Below, in pieces: positions 47,263 through 56,626 of a DNA stretch of 64,000 nucleotides. The notes under the pieces are model-generated. The model saw only the letters and a program-made list of their open reading frames with translations, had not been told where the DNA came from and made no database searches. The position numbers and the translations under genes were made by a program. The DNA is taken from the IMG/VR virus record IMGVR_UViG_3300047560_002412, positions 64,728 to 128,727 of that record. One strand, given 5' to 3'. This DNA comes from a virus. The first letter of the stretch is position 1. Each line of letters starts with the position of its first letter.

Positions 47263-47858
47263 CGGATACCTTGTTCTTTAAGTTTAACACAAGTATCGCA
47301 CCGTCCGCAAGGTGCGATATTTTTTTCACTATAGATAGGCACACGACACGACCAAAACATATTACGCAGACTTTCTGGTAGCATGTCGTAGATCTCACGT
47401 TTAGTCAAGTTAAGCACCGGATAAATCTTTTCTACAGGTGTAAATGCCGCTAGTATTTTATTAGCACGAACTCTACGTTCTTCAAGTGCTAGATTGCCAT
47501 CGTTGGCCTGCATACCCATAGCAACTTTTTCTATACCGGGATTTACACTTGCTATATAGCCCGCAAAAAAATTCATACTATCCGAGTCAAACATAAAATA
47601 TTTGCCATAGGGTTGATTTCCTATTTCGCTTTCACTATAAGTAAAATTAAATCCTAAACGCTTTAACTCTTTAAGAGCAAGGTCTACAGCAATAGCTTCT
47701 GCTCTATGTCTATTTTCTACATTTTTGTTATGTACATGGTGTACGTGTACAGCATAATTTTTATATTCAGGATCTGTTAACAACTTGTAGGTCATGCCCA
47801 GGCTGTCTAAGCCGCCTGAATACATGGATAAGATTGTGGGATTAGTTATTTGTTCCAT
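47259..47858 (-). CDS. QueC-like PP-loop ATPase
   Basis: MYSGGLDS, P...TK.EI, WSCR...CGRCDTC; lacks YGQ/PxRN/YPDC motifs of bona fide QueC. Confidence 0.7.
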   Translation of the reverse strand: MEQITNPTILSMYSGGLDSLGMTYKLLTDPEYKNYAVHVHHVHNKNVENRHRAEAIAVDLALKELKRLGFNFTYSESEIGNQPYGKYFMFDSDSMNFFAGYIASVNPGIEKVAMGMQANDGNLALEERRVRANKILAAFTPVEKIYPVLNLTKREIYDMLPESLRNMFWSCRVPIYSEKNIAPCGRCDTCVKLKEQGIR

Positions 47859-48304
47859 ATGTAAAATGTATAAATTTCGTTAATTGGGTGTTCTTGTGGC
47901 CGTGGAGTAAGTTCCTCAGCACGGGGGAAGTAACAGGCATACTTTGTGGGCCAGTTGGGATTTAAGAAAGCACGGGCAACAAAAGTATCACAATTTGCTA
48001 GTACTATGGGCAACAAACGTTCTGTAAACTCTTTACCAAATGCTAATCCACCATCAATTATAATAGTGTCCCAATGCTCGTTTAATTCAAACCAATCTTT
48101 ATTTTTAATTTTAACATCTTTATATTTAGGTTCTAAATCCCAGGCTTCTGTAGCCAGAGGGAGCAACATTTTTGTACTGCCTAATAATAAAACTCTACCC
48201 GTACAATACTGCTCAAATACCTTATAATCATCATCGTTAGGGGCCGCTGGCCATTTTAATGTAGTCCAAAATTCATTATCTGCGTGTATTTTATCATCGA
48301 GCAT
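47846..48304 (-). CDS. Hypothetical protein, possible class I methyltransferase-like fold
   Basis: VLLLGST, WDL, DWFEL..WDTIIIDGG; ATG 48304 after TAAATA 48313-48318 (-). Confidence 0.5.
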   Translation of the reverse strand: MLDDKIHADNEFWTTLKWPAAPNDDDYKVFEQYCTGRVLLLGSTKMLLPLATEAWDLEPKYKDVKIKNKDWFELNEHWDTIIIDGGLAFGKEFTERLLPIVLANCDTFVARAFLNPNWPTKYACYFPRAEELTPRPQEHPINEIYTFYIWNK

Positions 48305-48346
48305 TTGAATGATATTTAACGCTAAATATACTAAAGAGAGCGCATT

Positions 48347-48910
48347 ATGACTATTCAAACAATTAATATTGGCAATGTAGTAAACGACGGGTTAGGCGAT
48401 GATCTACGCACGGCTTTTCAAAAGGTAAATGCTAATTTTGCTACCTTAGCCCAAGAGATAACCGTAACGGCATCAAACGTAGGAACAACAGGGTATGGAA
48501 TTTTTAAAGAGAAATCCGACTCAAACTTATCATTTAAAAAATTAGTTCCAGGAACAAAAATTTTAATTGAAGATAATCCAGATACATTAATTATTAATTC
48601 AACACAACCGGATGCGTTTACAAGAATTGATACCGACCTCGGAAATATTGTTGCAAGTTCGGCAGGACATACAACTAATATAACAATACAAGGTGGAGAT
48701 AATATCAGGACAGCCGCTTCTGGTTCAGTTGTAACGGTTGATACGGTTTTAGATTTAAATCAAATTTTACTTAATTTAGATTTTGGTCCTATAGGCGGGA
48801 CTTTTATAAATCCTACACAGCTAGCATTAGCTGTAGCTAATATTGATTTTGGCACTATTGAAAATCCAAGTTGGTTAAACGTAGATCTAGGCGATCTAGG
48901 AAATCCTTAA
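48347..48910 (+). CDS. Baseplate/fibre protein with gp9/gp10-like N-terminus
   Basis: INIGNVVNDGLGDDLRTAFQKVNANF; TAAATA at 48323-48328. Confidence 0.75.
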   Translation: MTIQTINIGNVVNDGLGDDLRTAFQKVNANFATLAQEITVTASNVGTTGYGIFKEKSDSNLSFKKLVPGTKILIEDNPDTLIINSTQPDAFTRIDTDLGNIVASSAGHTTNITIQGGDNIRTAASGSVVTVDTVLDLNQILLNLDFGPIGGTFINPTQLALAVANIDFGTIENPSWLNVDLGDLGNP

Positions 48911-48921
48911 GGAGTTAGCTA

Positions 48922-51390
48922 ATGGCAGTAACATGGATTACTCCAGCAGGAAGTTTAGGAATCCTTATAGAACGTGTTCCTTTAAGAATTCCGCTCGAAG
49001 CAACATCTACAGCAGGAGATATAACTTTTACGTTAATTGCTGGTTCGTTGCCTAGAGGTCTACGAGTATCTAATAATTTTATTACTGGTAGTCCAACAGA
49101 AGTTCGAGCTTTTACAGAAAGTAGATTTGTAATTCGTGCAGATGACGGTATAGATATAGAAGATCGTACCTTTAGTATTTCTATTGACGGATCAGACGAG
49201 CCGCAATGGATCACTAGAGAAGGGTTTTTAAATGTTGGTCCTAAAGATGCATATTTTGTCTTAGATAACAGCTATGTTGATTTTCAATTAGATGCATATG
49301 ATGCCGATGTTGTAGCCGGTGATACTTTAAAATATTATCTAACTCCCCTAGGAGGCGAACTTCCGCCCGGTCTTACATTAACATCAGAAGGAAGGATTTT
49401 TGGTTTCACAGATCCTATTTTTGCTGTTGAATACAACGGAAATCCAACCGGAGCATACGATACTTCTTCTTTTGATATGATGCCATTAGATAAAATGGAA
49501 TCTAAATCTAATGGTTTTGATAGTTATCTATATGACGATGTAGATTTTGATTATTCGGAAAGTAGTCGAACTCCTAAAAGATTAAGTCGTGCTTATACAT
49601 TTATTGTTACGGTATCAGACGGAAGAAATGAAGTAAAAAGATTATTTAGAATATGGGTTGTTACTGAAGAGTTTTTACAAGCAGATAACTCCATTGTTCA
49701 AGTTGATACTAATTTATTCCAAGCAGATTCGAGTAGTACAAGAACTCCCCTATGGATAACAGAATCTTACCTAGGAAGATTTAGAGCTAATAATTATATT
49801 ACTATTTTCTTAGATGTTTACAGACAAATTGGTCTTACTGGTACGCTGGTATATTTCTTAGAAACAATAAATCCAGACGGTTCATCTAGCGTTCTTCCTC
49901 CAGGAATGACCATTGACCAACACACTGGGGAAATTGCGGGTAAGGTTCCTTACCAAGCTGCGGTTACAAAAACATATCAATTTACAATATCCGCTGTTAA
50001 TTTCTTAGAATCTATATCTACACTTTCTTATAATCTAAGAGGATCGTGGTCTTCAACTATTACATATCCTGTAAATGATGCGGTTGTATTTGACGGATTT
50101 GTTTATGTGTGTATTGTTGAAAATAGAAATAGGGCACCTTCTGAAAATCCAGACTATTGGATTTCTAGTGTTTCTATAAGTGCTAAAACTTTTACCGTTG
50201 ATGTTATTGGAGAAATTGAAAGTAGCATAGAATGGATTACTGATCCAGACCTAGGATCAATTAAAGTTAATAAACCTAGTAACCTAACCGTTCATGCAAA
50301 AAGTTTATTATATGGAGGTAGAACCGTTTATGAATTTATAAGTGGAACATTACCGCCAGGATTACAATTAATCAGCACCGGCGATATAAACGGTAAAGTT
50401 AGACAATTTTCAGATGCTAATGGCCCTGGCCTTACAAGATTTTATGACAGAGATTCAAGCGCCGAAGATTCGACTGGTTCTTTTTCCTATAATATAACAT
50501 TCGATGCGTCGGAAAGTACCTTTGACAAGACCTTTAAATTTAATATTAGAGCAAGAGATTCTGTACATTTTGCCGAATCCATAAGAGAGTTCCAAGTTAA
50601 GGTAATAGGCGAAAGTGATAAAACTTTTGCAAATTTATATATCAAGGCTTTTCAAAATAAAGAAAAACGACTTGACTGGTTTAATTTTATTACAGACGGA
50701 ACTATTTTTAAAACAAACGAAATATATCGTTATGGGGATAAAAACTACGGTGTACAAACTGATTTAAAAGTTTTAGTTTTTGCAGGGATTGAAAGTGTAG
50801 ATGCTGTAAAATATGTACAAGCAATGAGTAGAAATCATTATAGAAAAAAAGTAATTTTTGGTGACGTAAAATATGCCAAGGGTAAAAATGTAATTACTCA
50901 AGATACAGAATACGAAATTATCTACGTAGAAGTTAGAGATCCTTTAGAAAAGAATGGAAAAAGTATTAGTAGATCTGTAAATCTTCCAGATAATATTAAC
51001 AGCAAAGTTCTTATTAGTTTTGATTCTATTAAAATTGACAGCGATATTCCGCTAGTAAGCGACAGCGATCATCAAAGAATATTCCCAAATTCTATTAAAA
51101 ATATGAGAAATAGAATTAAGGAGTTAGGATCAAGAGACAGCGAATTTTTACCTTTATGGATGAGAACTATCCAAGATAATGCAGCATTTGAACCAGGTTA
51201 TGTAAAAGCATTACCAATCTGCTATTGTTTGCCGGGCAAGGCCGAAGCAATAGTTTCAAGAATAAAAGCCAGTGGGTTTGACTTTAAATCTTTAAATTTT
51301 GAATCAGATCGCTACCTAATTGACGTATTAGAAGGAAATTTTGAAGATAAATATCTTGCATTTCCGCAACGTGGAGAAAAATTACCGTGA
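48922..51390 (+). CDS. Virion structural protein with putative Ig-like (He_PIG-type) repeats
   Basis: Repeated W.T..G.LG and G.LP.GL.L...G.I.G motifs; AAGGAG RBS. Confidence 0.75.
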   Translation: MAVTWITPAGSLGILIERVPLRIPLEATSTAGDITFTLIAGSLPRGLRVSNNFITGSPTEVRAFTESRFVIRADDGIDIEDRTFSISIDGSDEPQWITREGFLNVGPKDAYFVLDNSYVDFQLDAYDADVVAGDTLKYYLTPLGGELPPGLTLTSEGRIFGFTDPIFAVEYNGNPTGAYDTSSFDMMPLDKMESKSNGFDSYLYDDVDFDYSESSRTPKRLSRAYTFIVTVSDGRNEVKRLFRIWVVTEEFLQADNSIVQVDTNLFQADSSSTRTPLWITESYLGRFRANNYITIFLDVYRQIGLTGTLVYFLETINPDGSSSVLPPGMTIDQHTGEIAGKVPYQAAVTKTYQFTISAVNFLESISTLSYNLRGSWSSTITYPVNDAVVFDGFVYVCIVENRNRAPSENPDYWISSVSISAKTFTVDVIGEIESSIEWITDPDLGSIKVNKPSNLTVHAKSLLYGGRTVYEFISGTLPPGLQLISTGDINGKVRQFSDANGPGLTRFYDRDSSAEDSTGSFSYNITFDASESTFDKTFKFNIRARDSVHFAESIREFQVKVIGESDKTFANLYIKAFQNKEKRLDWFNFITDGTIFKTNEIYRYGDKNYGVQTDLKVLVFAGIESVDAVKYVQAMSRNHYRKKVIFGDVKYAKGKNVITQDTEYEIIYVEVRDPLEKNGKSISRSVNLPDNINSKVLISFDSIKIDSDIPLVSDSDHQRIFPNSIKNMRNRIKELGSRDSEFLPLWMRTIQDNAAFEPGYVKALPICYCLPGKAEAIVSRIKASGFDFKSLNFESDRYLIDVLEGNFEDKYLAFPQRGEKLP

Positions 51391-51977
51391 CCAGCAATAT
51401 AAATTATATCAGTATCAATGAAAACTTTCCTGTAGCAGGACAAGACAACGACACACAGGTGTTTAGAGATAATTTTGATACTATAAAAACTAGTTTGAGT
51501 TCTGCAAAAACAGAAATTACAGACCTCCAAAATAACACAGCAAAATTGAATGATAACAACGATTTTGAAAAAAATGTTATCAGTAGAGCAATATTCCAAG
51601 ATAACAGAGATCAAAAGTTTGACGGTGGTTCAGTATCTACAGATATCACCATAGATTATCAAAATGGTCCTTATCAAATTTATCGATTTGGTATTAATTC
51701 AAACGTTGATTTTTTAAATTTCCCAGGAGATCCTGTGTTTGTAGATGAGCTAACACCATTAGGTGTTGGTAAAGTTACACTTGAAATTTACGGAGACGGT
51801 TCTTCAAGAACCATTACATTTGTTACCACAGGCGGAACTATTTTTAAGAAAAATTCAGATGATGCATGGAGCGGCAATGCTATTACGGTTCAATCTACAA
51901 CTGATCCTGTATTTGTTGAAGTTTGGAGACATAGTTCAGAAAAAATCTTTCTAAAATACGGCGGACAATTTAGTTAA
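51387..51977 (+). CDS. Putative virion structural protein
   Basis: FPVAGQDNDTQVFRDNF N-terminus; coupled to structural operon. Confidence 0.65.
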   Translation: MTSNINYISINENFPVAGQDNDTQVFRDNFDTIKTSLSSAKTEITDLQNNTAKLNDNNDFEKNVISRAIFQDNRDQKFDGGSVSTDITIDYQNGPYQIYRFGINSNVDFLNFPGDPVFVDELTPLGVGKVTLEIYGDGSSRTITFVTTGGTIFKKNSDDAWSGNAITVQSTTDPVFVEVWRHSSEKIFLKYGGQFS

Positions 51978-52207
51978 TGTTTAACCCTCTTGTTGATAAT
52001 CTTTCAGAGCTCAAAGACCAAGAGATTGAAGAAAAAATACTTGAGCTTTCAAAAAAATATTTCCAAGCGCAACGTTTGGGAAAAATTGAGATGTTGACAC
52101 AAATCGAAACTTTCATTATAATGTATAAAGATGAAAGACAAAGAAGACTTCATGCTAAAAAGTCCGATTTAGATAACGATTTGGATCAACTAATCAATGT
52201 TAGTTAA
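51977..52207 (+). CDS. Hypothetical protein
   Basis: TAATG coupling; helical. Confidence 0.65.
   Translation: MFNPLVDNLSELKDQEIEEKILELSKKYFQAQRLGKIEMLTQIETFIIMYKDERQRRLHAKKSDLDNDLDQLINVS
52094..52122 (+). promoter_or_regulatory. Consensus sigma70 promoter internal to 51977..52207
   Basis: TTGACA-17 bp-TATAAT; marks the switch from structural to replication/chaperone genes. Confidence 0.75.
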
Positions 52208-52664
52208 AAATACAGAATCACAATTAATCGAAGGTATTCTACGACACGGTCCTGAAATATTGGATCAATGTGTTGTAGAGCCCGGCGACATTTCTTTATA
52301 TGTTGAAAGATTATATTCAGAACATTTAAATTATCCAGTTCCAAAAAACACCGTAGATATAAATCACTGGAATATTCCTAAAGATTATGCCGACATGGAT
52401 ATTGAGGGATTTTTAATTGATCAATGTCCAAAAGAAAATTATGAAAGATTAATTACAGAATTAGAACTTTATCGCAAAAATAATATGGTTCCTGTACTAC
52501 AAGCAATGAAATATCTAGTGGATACTCTTAGAGCCAACAATGTAGTATGGGGTGTAGGACGTGGATCTAGTGTAGCAAGTTACGTACTCTATTTGATAGG
52601 GGTACATAAGATCGATAGTATTAAATACAAATTACCAATAGAAGAATTCTTCAAGGAGATATAA
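52197..52664 (+). CDS. dnaE: Stand-alone fragment of DNA polymerase III alpha (DnaE)
   Basis: ERL..EL......GVGRGSSVASYVLYLIGVHKIDSIKYKL..F matches the DnaE GxGRGS region; ends before PDIDxD. Confidence 0.7.
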   Translation: MLVKNTESQLIEGILRHGPEILDQCVVEPGDISLYVERLYSEHLNYPVPKNTVDINHWNIPKDYADMDIEGFLIDQCPKENYERLITELELYRKNNMVPVLQAMKYLVDTLRANNVVWGVGRGSSVASYVLYLIGVHKIDSIKYKLPIEEFFKEI

Positions 52665-52665
52665 A

Positions 52666-52893
52666 ATGGGTAAAACATATACCAGCTTAAGAGGCAAAGA
52701 CGTTGACATGGAAAAGTTAAATTTGCAAAACGAACTTTTACCTGCCGTAGGAAACATGAAAGTAAATGCTCGAGGTGACGAATTAGGTCCCGGTGGGAAA
52801 GTTGTAAAGACTAGAGAACAAATTCTTCAGGACTATTATTCTTCTAACCCACGAGCAATTAAAGAAGACGTACCTACAAGAAAAAAAGGTTAA
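52666..52893 (+). CDS. Hypothetical protein
   Basis: AAGGAG RBS; AVGNMKVNARGDELGPGG. Confidence 0.7.
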   Translation: MGKTYTSLRGKDVDMEKLNLQNELLPAVGNMKVNARGDELGPGGKVVKTREQILQDYYSSNPRAIKEDVPTRKKG

Positions 52894-52896
52894 TCT

Positions 52897-53286
52897 ATGA
52901 GTTATGATGTTAAGCACATTAAAATTCGTGCCATTAACGAAGATGTTATCATTTACGACATGGATTTCGGTGAGCAAATAACCAAGAGTGGTATTGTTAT
53001 CCAAAGTGACGATGCTAAAGTGCATGGTATCAAACCTAGATGGGGTAAAGTCTACAAAGTTGGTCCTAAACAAACTGACGTTAAAGAAGGACAATGGATT
53101 TTAGTAGAACACGGACGATGGACTCGCAAGATTAAAATCGACGACGGCGATAGTGTTAAAGAAATTCAAAAAGTAGACACTAAGTGCATACTTGCGGTAT
53201 CCGACGAAAAACCAAATGATGTTTATATTGGTGCTGAACATTCTAATGGATCAAGCGTTGATATAAGGCCAGAAGATTTTCTATAA
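52897..53286 (+). CDS. groES: Co-chaperonin GroES-like
   Basis: IRAINEDVII..E.ITKSGIVI....G.V.KVGP....VKEG..IL. Confidence 0.75.
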   Translation: MSYDVKHIKIRAINEDVIIYDMDFGEQITKSGIVIQSDDAKVHGIKPRWGKVYKVGPKQTDVKEGQWILVEHGRWTRKIKIDDGDSVKEIQKVDTKCILAVSDEKPNDVYIGAEHSNGSSVDIRPEDFL

Positions 53287-53528
53287 TGGCATTTAAAAAA
53301 AATTGGGATACTCCCGACATTATAACTCAACTTCGTTCCTTGGCTAGGGAATGTTCAAGTGTATATAATGACGGGTTTACCTCTTTTGAAATTAAAAAAG
53401 AACTTTATCTTATAAAAGAGGTAGTTGATAAAGCAATACACGATTCGCCGGAATTTGGAAAACTTGAAAAAGAATGGTTAGATGATCGTGAAAAGAAAAA
53501 ATTAATATCAATTTTAAAAAAAGGTTAA
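53286..53528 (+). CDS. Hypothetical protein
   Basis: TAATG coupling. Confidence 0.65.
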   Translation: MAFKKNWDTPDIITQLRSLARECSSVYNDGFTSFEIKKELYLIKEVVDKAIHDSPEFGKLEKEWLDDREKKKLISILKKG

Positions 53529-53529
53529 T

Positions 53530-53898
53530 ATGACAAATCCATTTCGTGATCAAGAAAAATTTATGAAGGCCTGTGATCAAACCACAGACACCTTTAATCA
53601 AGAGCAGTTTAAACTTTACCTAGAGCTAATGAAAGAAGAATGGAAAGAACTACAAGTTGCTATTGACAATAATGATCAAGTTGAAACACTTGATGCTTTG
53701 TTAGATTTTATTGTGGTTACCGTTGGTGCTATTCATAGTGCCGGCATGGATGGCGAAGGCGGATGGAAAGAAGTTATGCGTACCAACTTTGCAAAAGTTG
53801 ATGCAGAAACCGGCAAAGTTCGCAAACGTGAGGATGGTAAGGTATTGAAACCTCTCGGTTGGACTCCGCCAAACCTAAATCCATTTGTAACTAAATGA
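53530..53898 (+). CDS. MazG-like / PRA-PH family NTP pyrophosphohydrolase
   Basis: EEWKEL...E.LDALLD...EVMRTNFAK...REDGKVLKP.GW.PP. Confidence 0.8.
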   Translation: MTNPFRDQEKFMKACDQTTDTFNQEQFKLYLELMKEEWKELQVAIDNNDQVETLDALLDFIVVTVGAIHSAGMDGEGGWKEVMRTNFAKVDAETGKVRKREDGKVLKPLGWTPPNLNPFVTK

Positions 53899-54692
53899 TA
53901 AAATTTTTTATTGTTTTTTTCCTTTCAATATCTTCCGTCTTTGCAAATGTTCCGTCATATTACGTTTATAATCAAACAGAAAAAGAAATAGTCGTTGGTG
54001 AGTATGCAGGAATACAACGTCCAATAGCATCATTAACTAAATTAATGACGGCATTGGTTATTGTTAATTCTGGTTTAGATTTGCAAGAACAAGTAATATA
54101 TCGAGGTGGAATATTTAGATCTAAACATGTATCTCGTAAAGATCTATTAGATTCTCTATTAATCAAAAGCGATAATGCTGCTGCAGAGGCACTGGCAAAT
54201 AGTTGGCCGGGCGGACGATCTATGTTTATTGATGAAATGAACAATAGGGCCAGACTGCTCAAAATGAATAATACTTCGTATTCAGACCCTTCCGGCTTAG
54301 ACAAACGCAATATTAGTACAGCGTTTGATTTATCAAAACTTGTAGAAGAAGCATCAAAATATAATTTAATTACCACTAGCTCATCATCAAAATATCTTAC
54401 AATTGAAAATAAAAATAAAAAGAAAATTTCTTATGTATCAGTAGGCAACACTAACAAAAATCTGTTATTTGAATTTGACAATATCATTCTTAGCAAAACC
54501 GGTTATACAAATCCTGCAGGACGTTGTTTGGCATTACTAGTAGAAAAATCCGAAAATAAATTTATTATTATTATTCTTGGAGAAAAAACGGTAATCGATA
54601 GAGAAAAAAGAGCTAGACAACTCATTAATAATTATGTTACTATAAAAGAAAAGGATTTAAATGAAAATCGGTTTTACTTGCTCAACTTTTGA
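53895..54692 (+). CDS. D-alanyl-D-alanine carboxy/endopeptidase (peptidase S11)
   Basis: Signal peptide; ASLTK (SxxK), SDN (SxN), DPSGL, KTGY. Confidence 0.9.
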   Translation: MIKFFIVFFLSISSVFANVPSYYVYNQTEKEIVVGEYAGIQRPIASLTKLMTALVIVNSGLDLQEQVIYRGGIFRSKHVSRKDLLDSLLIKSDNAAAEALANSWPGGRSMFIDEMNNRARLLKMNNTSYSDPSGLDKRNISTAFDLSKLVEEASKYNLITTSSSSKYLTIENKNKKKISYVSVGNTNKNLLFEFDNIILSKTGYTNPAGRCLALLVEKSENKFIIIILGEKTVIDREKRARQLINNYVTIKEKDLNENRFYLLNF

Positions 54693-55104
54693 TTTGTTTC
54701 ACGCCGGGCACATTATGATGCTCAAAGAAGCAAAAACTCAATGCGAACATCTAATTGTCGGTCTACAAACCGACCCCACCATAGATCGCCCTGGCATCAA
54801 AAACAAACCAGTACAAAGTGTTTTTGAACGCTATGAACAGCTCAAAGCCTGTAAGTATGTAGACGAAATTTTAGTATACGAAACCGAAGCCGATCTAGTA
54901 AACATCTTGCTTTCTTATCCTATTAATGTTAGAATATTAGGACAAGAGTACGAAGACAAGAGGTTTACTGGTCGAGACGAATGTTGGGATCGAGGAATCG
55001 AATTATATTTCAACAAACGAGAACATAATTTTTCAACAAGTGAACTAAGACAGCGTGTAATTGCTGCTGAAATTAACAAAGGACTAAAACATGAATCAAC
55101 ATGA
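54661..55104 (+). CDS. Cytidylyltransferase (TagD-like, HxGH family)
   Basis: TFDLFHAGH, LIVGL, ER...L.ACKYVDE, R...STS. Confidence 0.88.
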   Translation: MKIGFTCSTFDLFHAGHIMMLKEAKTQCEHLIVGLQTDPTIDRPGIKNKPVQSVFERYEQLKACKYVDEILVYETEADLVNILLSYPINVRILGQEYEDKRFTGRDECWDRGIELYFNKREHNFSTSELRQRVIAAEINKGLKHEST

Positions 55105-55342
55105 AGAAAATATTGAAGTAATGAAAGATTTAAGAGCAAGATTAGATAAAGTTATTAATTCAGATAAAAAAGAAGAAACAAAATCAAAAATCCCTGATCC
55201 AACTAAACACAAATATATTAGTTTTTTTAAGAGTGGATTAAGAATTATTGCAGGTGCAACTTTAATGTTAGGTGATTTTTATATTGCTGGCGGATTATTC
55301 ATTGTTGCAGAAGTATTAGGTGTTATTGAAGAAATGGTGTAA
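55091..55342 (+). CDS. Small membrane protein
   Basis: C-terminal hydrophobic hairpin; AAGGA RBS. Confidence 0.65.
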   Translation: MNQHEENIEVMKDLRARLDKVINSDKKEETKSKIPDPTKHKYISFFKSGLRIIAGATLMLGDFYIAGGLFIVAEVLGVIEEMV

Positions 55343-55476
55343 TGTATAAGGTATATTACTATATTACTAACAAGTTAAGAAGCAAAACATTTCCATCAAT
55401 GCACGAAGCTGTGCTGTTTGCTATACACAAAGTTAGCTATGATCAATGTGGTGAAATTATAAAGGTAGAAGAATGA
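55342..55476 (+). CDS. Small hypothetical protein (44 aa, below cutoff)
   Basis: MYKVYYYITNKLRSKTF...EIIKVEE; TAATG and ATGA coupling on both sides. Confidence 0.55.
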   Translation: MYKVYYYITNKLRSKTFPSMHEAVLFAIHKVSYDQCGEIIKVEE

Positions 55477-56387
55477 AAGAACTATGGGTAGAGAAATACC
55501 GTCCTAAAGGTATAGATGGATATGTGTTTCGAGACGATCATCAACGTAATCAAGTTAAAACCTGGATTAAAGATCAAAGCATTCCACATCTGCTGTTGAG
55601 CGGTAGTGCTGGCATAGGTAAAACTACCCTTGCTAAAATCCTTATACACGAACTAGGCATTGAAGATTATGATGTCTTAGAGATTAACGCAAGTCGTACA
55701 AACTCAGTTGATGACGTTCGTGACAAGATTACAAACTTTGTACAGATGATTCCGTTTGGTCCGTTTAAGGTAGTGCTACTAGACGAGGCTGATTATTTGT
55801 CACCTAATGCGCAGGCAGCACTTCGTGGCGTTATGGAAGAGTATCATGCAACAGCTCGCTTCATTCTTACTTGTAACTATCCCAATCGTATTATTCCTGC
55901 TATACATTCGCGGTGTCAAGGCTTCCACGTCGAACGTACTGATATTACAGAGTTTACTGCTCGTGTGGCTACTATCCTCGTCGATGAAGGTGTGGACTTT
56001 GATCTTGACACCTTGGATAACTATGTAAAGGTTACATACCCAGATCTGCGTAAATGTATTAACCTAGTACAACAGAATGTCAACGAAGGTACACTCGCAG
56101 CACCTAACAAAGGCGACCAAGGCGAAGCAGACTGGAAGTTTGATATGGTTACTTTGTTTAAGGCAGGTAAGATTAATGAAGCACGTAAAATGCTTTGCGG
56201 GAAACTACGTGCAGAAGAAATGGAAGAGGTTTATACATGGTTGTATAATAATATTGAAGTGTTTGGTTCGGAAGAAAATCAAGACAAAGCAATCTTGATT
56301 ATTAAACAAGGGTTAGTTGACCACGCTTTAATTATTGATCCAGAAATTAATCTTTCAGCAACATTAATTAAATTAGGTAGATTATGA
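55473..56387 (+). CDS. Clamp loader AAA+ subunit (RFC small / T4 gp44-like)
   Basis: LWVEKYRP, GSAGIGKTT, INAS, LLDEAD, SRC, DLRK. Confidence 0.93.
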   Translation: MKELWVEKYRPKGIDGYVFRDDHQRNQVKTWIKDQSIPHLLLSGSAGIGKTTLAKILIHELGIEDYDVLEINASRTNSVDDVRDKITNFVQMIPFGPFKVVLLDEADYLSPNAQAALRGVMEEYHATARFILTCNYPNRIIPAIHSRCQGFHVERTDITEFTARVATILVDEGVDFDLDTLDNYVKVTYPDLRKCINLVQQNVNEGTLAAPNKGDQGEADWKFDMVTLFKAGKINEARKMLCGKLRAEEMEEVYTWLYNNIEVFGSEENQDKAILIIKQGLVDHALIIDPEINLSATLIKLGRL

Positions 56388-56626
56388 GTAGTAGATATAT
56401 GATTGTGACTTACTACTTAAAACCCAACGGTAAGCACGACGAAATTACAGAATTTAAAAATACTTTAAAAATAAAACATATACAAACCGCTAAAGTCATT
56501 TTAGACTTCAAGGAAAAGAAATGTATTAAAAACGGTTTAAATCCGGAAGCCGGATACGAAGATATGTTAGAATTTTATAAAAGAACGATAGGGGATCAAT
56601 TGACCCCCCATCTTCCTAAAGATTAA
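56384..56626 (+). CDS. Hypothetical protein
   Basis: Overlap-coupled ORF. Confidence 0.6.
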   Translation: MSSRYMIVTYYLKPNGKHDEITEFKNTLKIKHIQTAKVILDFKEKKCIKNGLNPEAGYEDMLEFYKRTIGDQLTPHLPKD

